Positions 7,403 to 18,862 of a stretch of DNA of 45,563 nucleotides are shown piece after piece. The translations under genes were made by a program, and so were the position numbers. This DNA is from an uncultured Pirellulales bacterium. GTDB taxonomy: Bacteria > Planctomycetota > Phycisphaerae > Sedimentisphaerales > Anaerobacaceae. Position 1 is the first letter of the stretch. Each line of letters opens with the position of its first letter. The notes under the pieces were generated by a model, which did not search any database, was not told the DNA's origin, and saw only the letters and a program-made list of their open reading frames with translations. The stretch covers positions 1 to 45,563 of the forward strand of contig CAZECQ010000001.1 of assembly GCA_964510545.1 (NCBI GenBank), written 5' to 3'.

Positions 7403-8231
7403 TTTAGTTTGCCAATATATCCTATTTCTTTCTGCAGAGCAAGTGCCTATGTTGCTGGGCTTTTTTTATGCCAACTCCCAACCAGCAAGGCCCGGGTGTT
7501 GTTCGTAGGTATATTGTATATATATGAATTATACACACCCAAGCCCTGGTGTCAAGGATCTTTTAGAAATTTTTTGGAGATTTTCTTAAAAGTATCGATA
7601 TTATTTTCTCTGAAGAGGTATAGTGTTCTGTCATAACTCGGATGACAAGCGTCATTCCAAGTGCAACGTAGAACCTCACTTGCTCGAGGCGGGCGCTTTG
7701 CCTGCCGGCTTAGTATGACAGCCCTATGGATTACCTAAAGCAGAGCGGCGGTTTCTAATTGTGCACAACCTGTTAATAAAAATACTGAGTTAGCCCTCTG
7801 TCGGGGCCTTTGGCTTCAAGGTGCCGCTTTGTGTTAGTTGTTCTCAAGGAAACCACCACAAATCTAACAGTTTTTCCACAGAACCGCACGGCCTTGTTGT
7901 GGGGCCTAACTTCCTTTTCTAACAAGACTTAAGTTGTGAGGACGTGGTGATACATAACAATATAACCGGCTATATGATAATTAATACTGTATTTTTAAAC
8001 AATCTAATTATTAATATATAACAGGTCGCTATAGCAACACAGAGCAAGGTAGATACTCAAGTCTCAACTTACCTTCGTACTTTGTGGGCAGACAAGAGTT
8101 TTTTATGAAAAAATATTGTAGGCGGTTGAGTTTTGATGTAAACTACACAAGTGAAAAAACATTGGGAAACTCAGGAGCAAGTCCTAAGCTAAAAAAAGCA
8201 ATGTTTCTAATTTTTATAGCAGAGGTTTATT
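7403..8231. other. Candidate replication origin / divergent control region (no dnaA gene adjacent)
   Basis: 830 bp with no credible ORF. Gene orientation diverges here (- to the left, + to the right) and dnaN starts at 8232. DnaA-box-like 9-mers are TTATACACA (7529-7537) and TTTTCCACA (7872-7880). An AT-rich stretch runs about 7971-8022. Confidence 0.35.
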
Positions 8232-9338
8232 ATGAAAGTAAATTTCAGCAGGGAAGCCCTTACAGAGGCCTTAGGTTTACTCACATTTGTGGTACCAGGC
8301 CGAACGCCAAAGCCGATACTTCAGTGTGTGCGAATCACGGCAGATGAAAAAAATGTGCGAATCTGTGCAACAGACCTCGAGGTCGGCATTAATTGTCAGG
8401 TCTCCGGAGTTCAGATTGAGGAGGCTGGAGAAACAGTTGTCCCGGCGGACAGATTAGCGGCTGTTGTGCGTGAGAGTGCCGACGAAGTGTTATCAGTAGA
8501 GGCAGAGGGTGGGGTATGCAAGATTACAGGTGCCGACAGTCACTTTACGATTTACGGCCAGGAAGCGGAGCAATATCCGACAGTGCCGGGTTTCGATGGC
8601 GCTGCTGATGTAGAGATTAATCTCGGGGTTCTGCAGGGAGGGATAGAACAATGCCTGTTTGCGACGGCCAAAGAAAGCACTCGCTATGCGCTAAATGGTG
8701 TGCTTTGGGAGATGAAAGGCAAGAAGTTACTGTTGGTTGCGACTGACGGCAGGAGGCTTGCCCGCAGCAGGGTCAACCTTGCTACTTCGCCGAGCAAGGA
8801 AATCTCACAGGCGAAGATAATCGTGCCGGCAAAGACGATGGGGCTTTTAGATAAAATCGGCGGAAGCAATAAAGATGTGGTTGCGATTAAGCTTGTCGAT
8901 AACCAGATAGTGATGAATTGTGCGAACGTTGTTGTAAGCTCAAATCTCGTTGAGGGTAACTTTCCGAAATATGAAGACATAATACCGACTGATAACGACA
9001 AGAAGCTGAGATTATCGACAGAGGCGACACTGAGTGCGGTCCGCCGGGCGGCGCTTTTGACAAGCGAGGAGTCCAGAGGGATTAAGTTAGCAGTTGGTCA
9101 GAACAGCTTAGTGTTTTCCTGCAGGGCTCCGGAGGCGGGGGACGCGCAGATAGAGATGAGCGTTGAGTATAAAGGCGAGCCGATTGAAATCGGGTTCAAT
9201 CCACATTTTCTTACGGATGTTCTGCGTGTTATCAAGGAGCCGGAATTTGAGTTAGAGCTGGGGCAGCAGGACAGGCCGGGCCTGATGAAAAGCGGGCAAA
9301 ATTTTCTGTATGTTTTGATGCCGGTGAGTCTGGGGTAG
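8232..9338 (+). CDS. dnaN: DNA polymerase III beta sliding clamp
   Basis: 368 aa. Motifs: PILQCVRI, RYALNGVLWE, LLLVATDGRRLA, NFPKYEDIIP, GFNPHFLTDVLR, C-terminal YVLMPV. AGAGG lies 8 nt upstream of the ATG. Confidence 0.95.
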   Translation: MKVNFSREALTEALGLLTFVVPGRTPKPILQCVRITADEKNVRICATDLEVGINCQVSGVQIEEAGETVVPADRLAAVVRESADEVLSVEAEGGVCKITGADSHFTIYGQEAEQYPTVPGFDGAADVEINLGVLQGGIEQCLFATAKESTRYALNGVLWEMKGKKLLLVATDGRRLARSRVNLATSPSKEISQAKIIVPAKTMGLLDKIGGSNKDVVAIKLVDNQIVMNCANVVVSSNLVEGNFPKYEDIIPTDNDKKLRLSTEATLSAVRRAALLTSEESRGIKLAVGQNSLVFSCRAPEAGDAQIEMSVEYKGEPIEIGFNPHFLTDVLRVIKEPEFELELGQQDRPGLMKSGQNFLYVLMPVSLG

Positions 9339-9351
9339 CCCGCGGCTCGAC

Positions 9352-9729
9352 GTGAGAGCGGTTAGTCCGGAGTTGAGATGTGTCATGGATGAAGGTGTGC
9401 AATTGCAAAGTATCAGACAGCGGCGAAACAGGGCGACGTCGAAAGGCGCCCAGAGACTGGGGGAGGTCTTAGGTGAAGTTATGGATAGGCGGATTTCGCC
9501 GCGACAGGCGAGATTCGGGCCGGTAGCTGAGTTTTGGAATGAAGTTTTGCCGGTAGAGCTTGGGCGTCACTGCAAAATTGCAGGGGTTTCCGGCGGGCAG
9601 TTAAAAGTGGTGGTGGACTCTCCATCATTTATGCATGAGCTTCGCTTGTGCAGTTCGGAACTTCTTGAAGAGTTGCGGCAGAGATGTCCGCGGGCAAGGA
9701 TAGAGAAAATTAAAATTGTTGCCGGTTGA
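9352..9729 (+). CDS. DUF721 family protein (DciA-like)
   Basis: Sits between dnaN and gyrB. The pattern LGEVLGEVM...FWNEVLPVELGRHCKIAGVSGGQLKVVVDSPSFMHELRLCSSELLEEL is typical of DUF721. The start is uncertain: GTG at 9352 or ATG at 9385. Confidence 0.75.
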   Translation: MRAVSPELRCVMDEGVQLQSIRQRRNRATSKGAQRLGEVLGEVMDRRISPRQARFGPVAEFWNEVLPVELGRHCKIAGVSGGQLKVVVDSPSFMHELRLCSSELLEELRQRCPRARIEKIKIVAG

Positions 9730-12165
<2,436 letters not shown>

Positions 12166-12402
12166 TTCTGTGGAGCAGTTCGCTGGAATGGAATTTGATT
12201 GTTAGTATAACCCAAGAGCACACAGGGATGGTTGAGTAGTCGAAGTCGGTTTGTTTTTTTATTACAAAAAAGTCAAAATTTTTCTTGCAAAGGGCTGGGT
12301 AGTGCTGCAAAATAGCGACATTCGGAAATTGATGAGTTGCGCCAGGGCCGAATAAGGGCATAAGTCGTAAAACCTAAATCCTTTTAAGACTGGAGGCGAG
12401 AA

Positions 12403-13134
12403 ATGACTGGTAAACAAATGGGCAGTTCAAGCAAAATAAAAAATGTTTTGCAGCCTGCGTTTATTGGCATAGCCTTTTTATTTTGTGCGTTGTTGTTCGG
12501 CGGCTGCGGCGGATCGGATAGAGGGGAGGGGGCGAAAGTCGATAAGGTTTTGAGGACGCCGGCAGAAGAGAAGAAGGCTAGGTTGCTGCGTCAGCTTGAC
12601 CGCAAATTCGAAAATCCGGATGCTCACTTCGAGCTGGGTCAGTTGTATCAGGCGGATGGATTATGGGCCAAGGCCGAGCACGAATATAATACTACTTTGA
12701 GTTTTGAGCCTGCTCACAGAAGAGCCCAGGCGGCAATGGTAAAGGTATTGGAGCAGAGTGGCGATACGAGCAGAGCAGAGTTGTCGGCCGATATCTATAT
12801 GAATCAGGTTAGTGCTTCGGCAGAGGAATCGGCACTGTTGGCGATGGCGTTTCAGGAGCAGGGCCTTGACGAATATGCCTTGAGTTGCTGGCGGCAGGGT
12901 CTTCATTTGGCGCCGAATTCAGCGAATATTAACAGGCAAATCGGCTACTATTATCTGAGTAAAGGTAATAAAGAACAGGCGGCGGATTATTTAAGCCGGA
13001 GTTTCCAGCTTAATTCTAACCAGCCGGAAGTTGCCGGTGAACTGGGCCGACTCGGTGTGGTGATAAAAATACCGCGGAAAACCGAAAGGAGTACAAAGAA
13101 GCTGGATAAAATGATAGATGAGCCCGGCAAGTAG
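12403..13134 (+). CDS. TPR-repeat lipoprotein
   Basis: 243 aa. Signal peptide with a lipobox-like LLFGGC. TPR-like repeats (LGQLYQADGLWAKAEHEYNTTLSFEPAH, and the IGYYYLSKGNKEQAADYLSRSFQLN stretch). Confidence 0.7.
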   Translation: MTGKQMGSSSKIKNVLQPAFIGIAFLFCALLFGGCGGSDRGEGAKVDKVLRTPAEEKKARLLRQLDRKFENPDAHFELGQLYQADGLWAKAEHEYNTTLSFEPAHRRAQAAMVKVLEQSGDTSRAELSADIYMNQVSASAEESALLAMAFQEQGLDEYALSCWRQGLHLAPNSANINRQIGYYYLSKGNKEQAADYLSRSFQLNSNQPEVAGELGRLGVVIKIPRKTERSTKKLDKMIDEPGK

Positions 13135-13170
13135 CTAAATAAGCGGTAATTTGAGTTGTTTTTTCTATAG

Positions 13171-13208
13171 CCCTGTAGTGAAAGGATTCACTGCGGGGTT
13201 ATTTTATT
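13171..13208 (+). terminator. Rho-independent terminator after the TPR lipoprotein gene
   Basis: CCCTGTAGTGAA-AGGA-TTCACTGCGGGG forms a roughly 12-bp stem (including G:U pairs), followed by TTATTTTATT. Confidence 0.5.
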
Positions 13209-13281
13209 GGGGTGTTAATTGTGCAGAAAAGTGAGAAACCCTGCCGATATAAATTAGGTCCTTTGGTGGACGAGTAGTTGA

Positions 13282-15741
13282 TTGTTTTCAGAGGTGAGGT
13301 TTTTTATCGGACGTGTTGTGAAAAAAAAGAGTTCATATACGATAGCGGTTGAGTTTGTGGTACTTGCTGTTCTGCTAATGCTGTTGTGCAGTTGTATTAG
13401 CTTCGAGATTGGAGATTGGCCGAGCAGTTTTGTCTATCCGCACAATTCTCCAGCGGCTAATTGGTGCGGCTCTATTGGTGCATTCTGTGCGTATTATCTG
13501 ATGTATTATATCGGGCCGGGCGTTTTTGTTGTATTGATTTCAGCAGTTTTCTTTCTGACTGCTAAACTGGCATGTCGAACAATCGGTCAGCCGGTTCTGC
13601 GAGCGGCTGGTGTGGGTTTGCTGACAATAGCGGTTTCGAGCAGCTTTTACTGGTTCTGGCCGGACTTGATATACCATTTTCCTATAAGCTCCGAGGGTGG
13701 TTCCGGGGGAATACTCGGCGTAGGGATGATACACCTTTTAACTAGACATTTTGCTTCGCTTGGCACGTTCATATTGATAGCGGCAGTCTGGATTGTCGGG
13801 TTTGTTTTAGTGGTGGACAGTTTGGTTCTGATGGCGCTTCGTGGTGTTTATTTAATATTGAAAAAGATGTTTGGGTTTTTTGCAGCGGGCTGGTCTGCGG
13901 CGAGGTGGTGGTCTAAAGCTGTGGACGAGATAAAACAGAAGCTAAATGCAGGGGTTGGCCATTTTGATATGGCCGGCAAAGCGGGTGTTATAAGGCGAAA
14001 AATTTTGCCGGTGATAAGCAGGGTTTTTCATACCAATGGTGGTACTAAGCGTAGAAGAGAAGTTAAAGAATCGGTGGGTGCTGCTGAGCCGCAGGTTCGG
14101 GAATCGGGACCGCAGCCGACAAAAGCGGAGAAGGCAGGCCGCTCTTATGTACCTGCAAGCTTCAAAAGTTACAAGCTGCCGCCTCTGGATTTACTGGCTG
14201 AGCCGGAATATTCATTTTCTTCGGTGCAGGGTAAGGTTGTTAAGGCCAAGGCCTCTGCTTTGGAGAAGCTATTAAGCGAGTTTAATGTTAATGCCCGCGT
14301 GTCGACGGCTGATACCGGGCCGGTGGTTACGATGTTTGAACTGGAGCTTGCGGCTGGAGTCAAAGTAAGCCAGATAGCCGCTCTTGCCAACGATATGGCC
14401 CGTGCGCTTGGCGCTGCTGCTGTTCGTGTTGTGGCGCCTTTGCCGGGTAAGCATACAATAGGCATTGAGGTTCCGAACAGTGAAAAGGAGAAGGTTCGCA
14501 TCAAAGACCTGATGCAGTTGGCAGGCAGTAAGCCCAAGGGTATGGAGATACCGCTTTTTTTGGGTAAGGATTCGTCGGGAGAAGCGCTGGTATCGGACTT
14601 GACGGCGATGCCGCATTTGCTTATTGCGGGGACGACCGGCTCCGGAAAGAGCGTCTGTATAAACAGTATCCTCACGGGGATATTGCTGACGAAGCGGCCG
14701 GATGAAGTCAAGATGATATTGATTGACCCGAAAATGGTCGAAATGACAGCTTTTAATACGATTCCACACCTGATGAGCCCGATAGTAACCGAGACCAACC
14801 GTGCGGTGCAGATACTTGAATGGGCGACGGTTAAGATGGATGAGCGTTATTCGCTTTTGGCTGAGGCGAGGGTAAAAAATATAACCGAATATAACAGGCT
14901 TGGGGGCGAAGAGATTATTAAGCGTTTTAATCCGAGCAGTGCCGACGAAGAAGCGAAGATACCTAAGAGACTGCCCTATATAGTGATAGTGATAGATGAG
15001 CTTGCTGATTTGATGATGACGGCGGCGAAGGATATAGAGGCATATATAGTTCGTCTTGCCCAGAAGAGCCGGGCGGTTGGTATTCATATTGTATTGGCTA
15101 CTCAACGGCCGCAGGCGACGGTTGTAACGGGTTTGATAAAGTCAAATATGCCGACGCGGATTGGTTTTCGCGTTGCGGCGCGGATGGACAGCCGGATTAT
15201 TCTCGACCAGAACGGCGCCGAGACGCTTCTTGGCCAGGGTGATATGCTGTTTCTCAAGCCGGGCACGAGCGATTTGATTCGTGCGCAGGGGACGTTTGTT
15301 GATGAGCCTGAGATAAAGCGGATAGTCAAGTATATTAAAGAGTTTGCCGAGCCGCAGTTTCATCCGGAGCTTACGCAACTTGGGCGGCTGGATACTTCGG
15401 AGATGCCGCAGGACGAGTTGTTTGATGAAGCGGTCCGTGTTGTTCTTGAGACGCAGCGAGGCAGCGTATCTTTACTGCAGCGGCGGTTGAGTATCGGTTA
15501 TGCCCGTGCTTCACGGATAATTGAAATGATGGCGGGTTCGGGGATTCTTGGTGAGTATAAGGGCAGCCAGGCGCGCGAGGTCATGATGAAAATTGAGGAA
15601 TATGAGCGAATCCGTTCCAAGATGGAGGTCGAGCGTCGGGCGGGTTATGAGGACTTGGCAGAAGATGAAGATAGTTCTGAGCCGGCTTATGTAAGTGAGG
15701 GGCAGAAGGGATACGTAGCTGTTGATGGAGAGCAGGATTAG
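13282..15741 (+). CDS. ftsK: DNA translocase FtsK
   Basis: N-terminal transmembrane segments. Walker A LLIAGTTGSGKSV, Walker B YIVIVIDELADLMM, then HIVLATQRP. C-terminal gamma winged helix LLQRRLSIGYARASRIIEMM. The true start may be GTG at 13318 rather than TTG at 13282. Confidence 0.92.
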   Translation: MFSEVRFFIGRVVKKKSSYTIAVEFVVLAVLLMLLCSCISFEIGDWPSSFVYPHNSPAANWCGSIGAFCAYYLMYYIGPGVFVVLISAVFFLTAKLACRTIGQPVLRAAGVGLLTIAVSSSFYWFWPDLIYHFPISSEGGSGGILGVGMIHLLTRHFASLGTFILIAAVWIVGFVLVVDSLVLMALRGVYLILKKMFGFFAAGWSAARWWSKAVDEIKQKLNAGVGHFDMAGKAGVIRRKILPVISRVFHTNGGTKRRREVKESVGAAEPQVRESGPQPTKAEKAGRSYVPASFKSYKLPPLDLLAEPEYSFSSVQGKVVKAKASALEKLLSEFNVNARVSTADTGPVVTMFELELAAGVKVSQIAALANDMARALGAAAVRVVAPLPGKHTIGIEVPNSEKEKVRIKDLMQLAGSKPKGMEIPLFLGKDSSGEALVSDLTAMPHLLIAGTTGSGKSVCINSILTGILLTKRPDEVKMILIDPKMVEMTAFNTIPHLMSPIVTETNRAVQILEWATVKMDERYSLLAEARVKNITEYNRLGGEEIIKRFNPSSADEEAKIPKRLPYIVIVIDELADLMMTAAKDIEAYIVRLAQKSRAVGIHIVLATQRPQATVVTGLIKSNMPTRIGFRVAARMDSRIILDQNGAETLLGQGDMLFLKPGTSDLIRAQGTFVDEPEIKRIVKYIKEFAEPQFHPELTQLGRLDTSEMPQDELFDEAVRVVLETQRGSVSLLQRRLSIGYARASRIIEMMAGSGILGEYKGSQAREVMMKIEEYERIRSKMEVERRAGYEDLAEDEDSSEPAYVSEGQKGYVAVDGEQD

Positions 15742-15955
15742 CGCTTGGTTTACTTAGAGGCTCCTAGTTTAAAGTCTTTGTCTTAAAATATTTACCGAAT
15801 ATTTACCTTTCTGAATTTTTCTATTTTATTGCTAATAGGTATCGAATTTTTTAAAAAAATGGTGATTTTTCGCTGATTTTGGGCTTTTTTGGGTAAGCAA
15901 AGATGGCGATTTTGTTCTGATTACGAGCATTTTTTTGCAGAAAAAAGAAAAAAGG

Positions 15956-15984
15956 TTGCTATGGAGTTTTAAATTGGCTATATT
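15956..15984 (+). promoter_or_regulatory. sigma70-like promoter in the long non-coding region upstream of tRNA-Gln
   Basis: TTGCTA (15956-15961), 17-nt spacer, TATATT (15979-15984). It lies about 240 nt upstream of the tRNA. Confidence 0.3.
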
Positions 15985-16221
15985 TTGCGGATTAGAAAGC
16001 ACTCTGTCGCATGGGGTAGCTTGAGAATTGATTATTGATTTGCTTAGCAAGAATGGGTAGTCAATTTTTTTGGGGCCAGCAGTATCACGGCATGGCTGGC
16101 TCAAGCCTCCGGCAGGGTCAGGTCGGGCCGATACAAGACGGTCACCGTGACAACAGGACACTGAAAAACTTAGTTCCGAAAGCAGCATTTTTTTGTCATT
16201 CGGTTTCTGAGTTTTTCGGAT

Positions 16222-16293
16222 TACCCGGTGGTGTAATTGGTAACACATAGGCTTTTGGTGCCTACATTCCAGGTTCAAGTCCTGGCCGGGTAG
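16222..16293 (+). tRNA. tRNA-Gln (anticodon UUG)
   Basis: Hand-folded cloverleaf. Acceptor TACCCGG/CCGGGTA (U1:A72) with discriminator G. D stem GTGT/ACAC. Anticodon stem TAGGC/GCCTA with loop TTTTGGT (anticodon TTG). T arm CCAGG-TTCAAGT-CCTGG. CCA is not encoded. Confidence 0.85.
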
Positions 16294-16371
16294 CTTTGAA
16301 TTTGTTATTGTCTCGGCGTTGGCGCCGAAGATGATAGTTAGAGATGATTAATTATTTTGTAAAAGGCAGGT

Positions 16372-17142
16372 ATGGCAGAAAGAGCGGCGATAATATTAGC
16401 GGCTGGAGTAAGCAGCAGAATGAACAGCGATGTTCCAAAGGTTTTGCATGAGGTTTGCGGGAGGCCAATGCTTTCTTATGTTCTCGATGCCTGCAGAGGG
16501 GCCGGTGGCGGAAAGTTGTATGTTGTGGTTGGTTTCGGCGCCGAGGAGGTGAAGGAGAAATTTGAAGGTGCGGATGATATTGTATGGATTTACCAGGCCG
16601 AGCCAAAGGGGACTGCTCATGCAGTGATGTGCTGTAAGGAGCAGTTGGGGGGTTTTGACGGCGAGACATTTGTGCTCTGCGGCGACGGGCCGCTGGTTAG
16701 GGCGCAAAGTCTGAAGACGATTCTGGAAAAGCACGAAGCGGAGCAGTCGGCGGTCACGATGGCGACGGCTATTCTGGACGACCCGACGGGGTATGGCCGG
16801 ATATGCAGAAATAAAGACGGCAAGATAGAAGGGATTGTAGAGCACGGCGACTGCACGAGTGAGCAACTTGGTATTAAAGAGGTCAACCCGAGTTATTATC
16901 TGTTCAATAACAAAATCCTCTTTGAGGCGGTGGAGGCGGTCGGTTGTGATAATGTCAAAAATGAATACTATCTGACGGATGCGATTTCTATTATCATATC
17001 GGCGGGCCACAAGGTTGTGGCGGTACCGGCGATGCGGGCTGAGGAGGCGATGAGTATCAATACCGAAGCGCAGCTTAGCCGGGTGAGCGAGTTTATACGA
17101 AGCAGGATGGAAGAGGAAATAAAGTCCAAAGTTAACAATTGA
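16372..17142 (+). CDS. GlmU-like sugar-1-phosphate nucleotidyltransferase (N-terminal uridyltransferase domain only)
   Basis: 256 aa. Motifs: AIILAAGVSSRMNSDVPKVLHEVCGRPML, GTAHAV, LCGDGPL, YYLTD. The ORF ends before any left-handed beta-helix acetyltransferase domain. It sits in the position of glmU upstream of prs. Confidence 0.8.
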   Translation: MAERAAIILAAGVSSRMNSDVPKVLHEVCGRPMLSYVLDACRGAGGGKLYVVVGFGAEEVKEKFEGADDIVWIYQAEPKGTAHAVMCCKEQLGGFDGETFVLCGDGPLVRAQSLKTILEKHEAEQSAVTMATAILDDPTGYGRICRNKDGKIEGIVEHGDCTSEQLGIKEVNPSYYLFNNKILFEAVEAVGCDNVKNEYYLTDAISIIISAGHKVVAVPAMRAEEAMSINTEAQLSRVSEFIRSRMEEEIKSKVNN

Positions 17143-17153
17143 GGTGAAGAGCG

Positions 17154-18107
17154 ATGTTCCTGAGTGAAAGCATTAAAATTTTTGCGGGCAGCAGTAACCC
17201 GGTGCTGGCCAGTGCGGTTTGTACATATTTAGATGTTCCATTAGGGGGGTCGAGGATAGAGAGGTTTCCGGACGGCGAAAAACTCATCAGGATTGAGGAC
17301 GACGTTCGCGGGAGAGATTGTTTTGTTTTGCAATCGACATGTTTTCCCGTTGATGAGCACTTAGTAGAGTTATTGATTTATCTTGATTGTCTTCGTCGAG
17401 CCAGCGCCAGGCGTATAACAGCGGTTATCCCTTATTTTGGTTATGCCCGTCAGGACCGCAAGGATGAGGGTCGAGTTCCTATAACAGCGAAGCTGGTTGC
17501 AAACCTTATAACCACCGCTGGTGCCGACAGGGTGGTTGCGATAGATTTTCACGCCAAACAGCTTCAGGGCTTTTTTGATATTCCGGTTGACCATTTGGCA
17601 GGCGAGCTGGTTCTGAGCAGGTATTTCAGGGAGATGAAGATAGCTAATTTGACGGTGGTTTCGCCTGATGTAGGTAATATGAAGACCGCATCCAGATATG
17701 CGTTGCATTTAAGCGGTGAGCTTGCGATAGTTCATAAAAGGCGTGTTGACGGCAAGGATGTTGAGGCACAGCAAATAATCGGAGATGTGAAAGACAGAAA
17801 TGTGTTGATGTGCGACGACATTATTGCTACGGCCGGTACCATCTGCAGCGCCGCAAGGCTTGTTAAGGAGCGTGGCGCTAAGAAAGTGTATATCGGGGCG
17901 ACACATGGTGTTTTTGCGGAGCCGGCCCTTGAGCGGCTAAGTGAGGCGCCCATTGATGAAATAATCGTTACAGATACGATTCCTCTGAACAGCGAGGCAG
18001 AGAAATTCGGGAAGGTAAAGGTATTGACTGTTGCGTCTATGTTGGGTGAAGCGATAAAGAGAATCCACAGGCACCAGTCGGTAAGCAGTTTGTTTAACAA
18101 TGTTTGA
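17154..18107 (+). CDS. prs: Ribose-phosphate pyrophosphokinase
   Basis: Motifs: IKIFAGSSNPVLA, YFGYARQDRK, VVSPDVGNMKTA, LMCDDIIATAGT. Confidence 0.95.
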   Translation: MFLSESIKIFAGSSNPVLASAVCTYLDVPLGGSRIERFPDGEKLIRIEDDVRGRDCFVLQSTCFPVDEHLVELLIYLDCLRRASARRITAVIPYFGYARQDRKDEGRVPITAKLVANLITTAGADRVVAIDFHAKQLQGFFDIPVDHLAGELVLSRYFREMKIANLTVVSPDVGNMKTASRYALHLSGELAIVHKRRVDGKDVEAQQIIGDVKDRNVLMCDDIIATAGTICSAARLVKERGAKKVYIGATHGVFAEPALERLSEAPIDEIIVTDTIPLNSEAEKFGKVKVLTVASMLGEAIKRIHRHQSVSSLFNNV

Positions 18108-18167
18108 GGACACAAAAAAAGGGCATAAACACAGCAAGGTTATATCGCGGAAAGAAGTGAGAATGTT

Positions 18168-18821
18168 ATGGAAAAAACATTGAGTTTGAAAGCAGAAGTT
18201 CGGGAACATACAGGTACAAAAACGGCGGCCAAGCTGCGCAAGCAGGGGAAGCTTCCGGGGGTTGTTTACGGGCATAAGGAAAAGCCTGTGGCTGTTTCGC
18301 TTGATGCACATACTTTGGTTGAGGGACTTCATCACGGGCATCGGCTCATGGATGTGCAGATAGGGAGAAAGAAGCAAAAGGTGATAGTTAAGGATTTACA
18401 GTATGATTATCTGGGCAAAGATATTATTCATGTTGACCTTATGAGGGTTGATATTACCGAGTTGATTAAGGTAACAGTTCCCATCGAGCTTAAAGGAACG
18501 GCCCAGGGCACGCATGAAGGTGGTATTATCGAGGAGCATGTTGACCATCTGGAGATAGAGTGCAGGGTGACGGACATTCCGGAATCGATAATCGTTTTGG
18601 TAAAAGACGTCGGAGTGGGTGGTTCGGTGCATGCGGGTGATATTGCGCTTGGGGAGGGGATTAAGCTGATAAGCGATGCATCGATGCTTTTGGTAACGTG
18701 TAGTTTGGTTGCAGCGGCCAAGAGTACCGACGAAATTGAGGAAGAGATGCCGGTTGCTCCTGAAGTTATTGGTGAGGGCGAGGAGGCCGAAGGTGAGGCA
18801 TCTGAAGAAAAGGCCGAATAG
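18168..18821 (+). CDS. rplY: 50S ribosomal protein L25 (Ctc form)
   Basis: 217 aa. Motifs: LRKQGKLPGVVYG, DLQYDYLGKDIIHVDL. Two-domain Ctc-type length with an acidic tail. Confidence 0.9.
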   Translation: MEKTLSLKAEVREHTGTKTAAKLRKQGKLPGVVYGHKEKPVAVSLDAHTLVEGLHHGHRLMDVQIGRKKQKVIVKDLQYDYLGKDIIHVDLMRVDITELIKVTVPIELKGTAQGTHEGGIIEEHVDHLEIECRVTDIPESIIVLVKDVGVGGSVHAGDIALGEGIKLISDASMLLVTCSLVAAAKSTDEIEEEMPVAPEVIGEGEEAEGEASEEKAE

Positions 18822-18862
18822 CGTGAGCTTTAAAGTGCTTAATGAGATATGAGACAGAAGCT

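Noticed and set aside
7319-7636. 105-aa + strand ORF, and an 87-aa ORF at 8084-8347, in the dnaN upstream region
   Set aside because: The first begins inside the 5' end of the activase gene on the other strand. The second overlaps the dnaN start. Neither has an SD or recognisable sequence features.
14169-15105. Long antisense ORFs (209 aa and 277 aa) inside ftsK
   Set aside because: They lie entirely within a strongly motif-supported + strand CDS. Their translations are low-complexity (R/S/P/L-rich), have no recognisable motifs and lack an SD. These are typical shadow ORFs of GC-richer coding DNA.
16100-16150. SRP (4.5S) RNA, suggested by a GTCAGGTC 8-mer
   Set aside because: Only the 8-mer matches. 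The GNRA tetraloop and the 3' GGAAGCAGC half of helix 8 are absent and I could not find closing-helix pairing. An 8-mer is expected by chance about once in a window of this size on both strands.
15832-16278. 148-aa - strand ORF in the ftsK to tRNA spacer
   Set aside because: It overlaps the tRNA-Gln gene on the opposite strand, runs through AT-rich promoter-like DNA, and has a junk-like translation.
16396-17010. 204-aa antisense ORF across the glmU-like gene
   Set aside because: It is a shadow ORF of a well-supported + strand nucleotidyltransferase gene.
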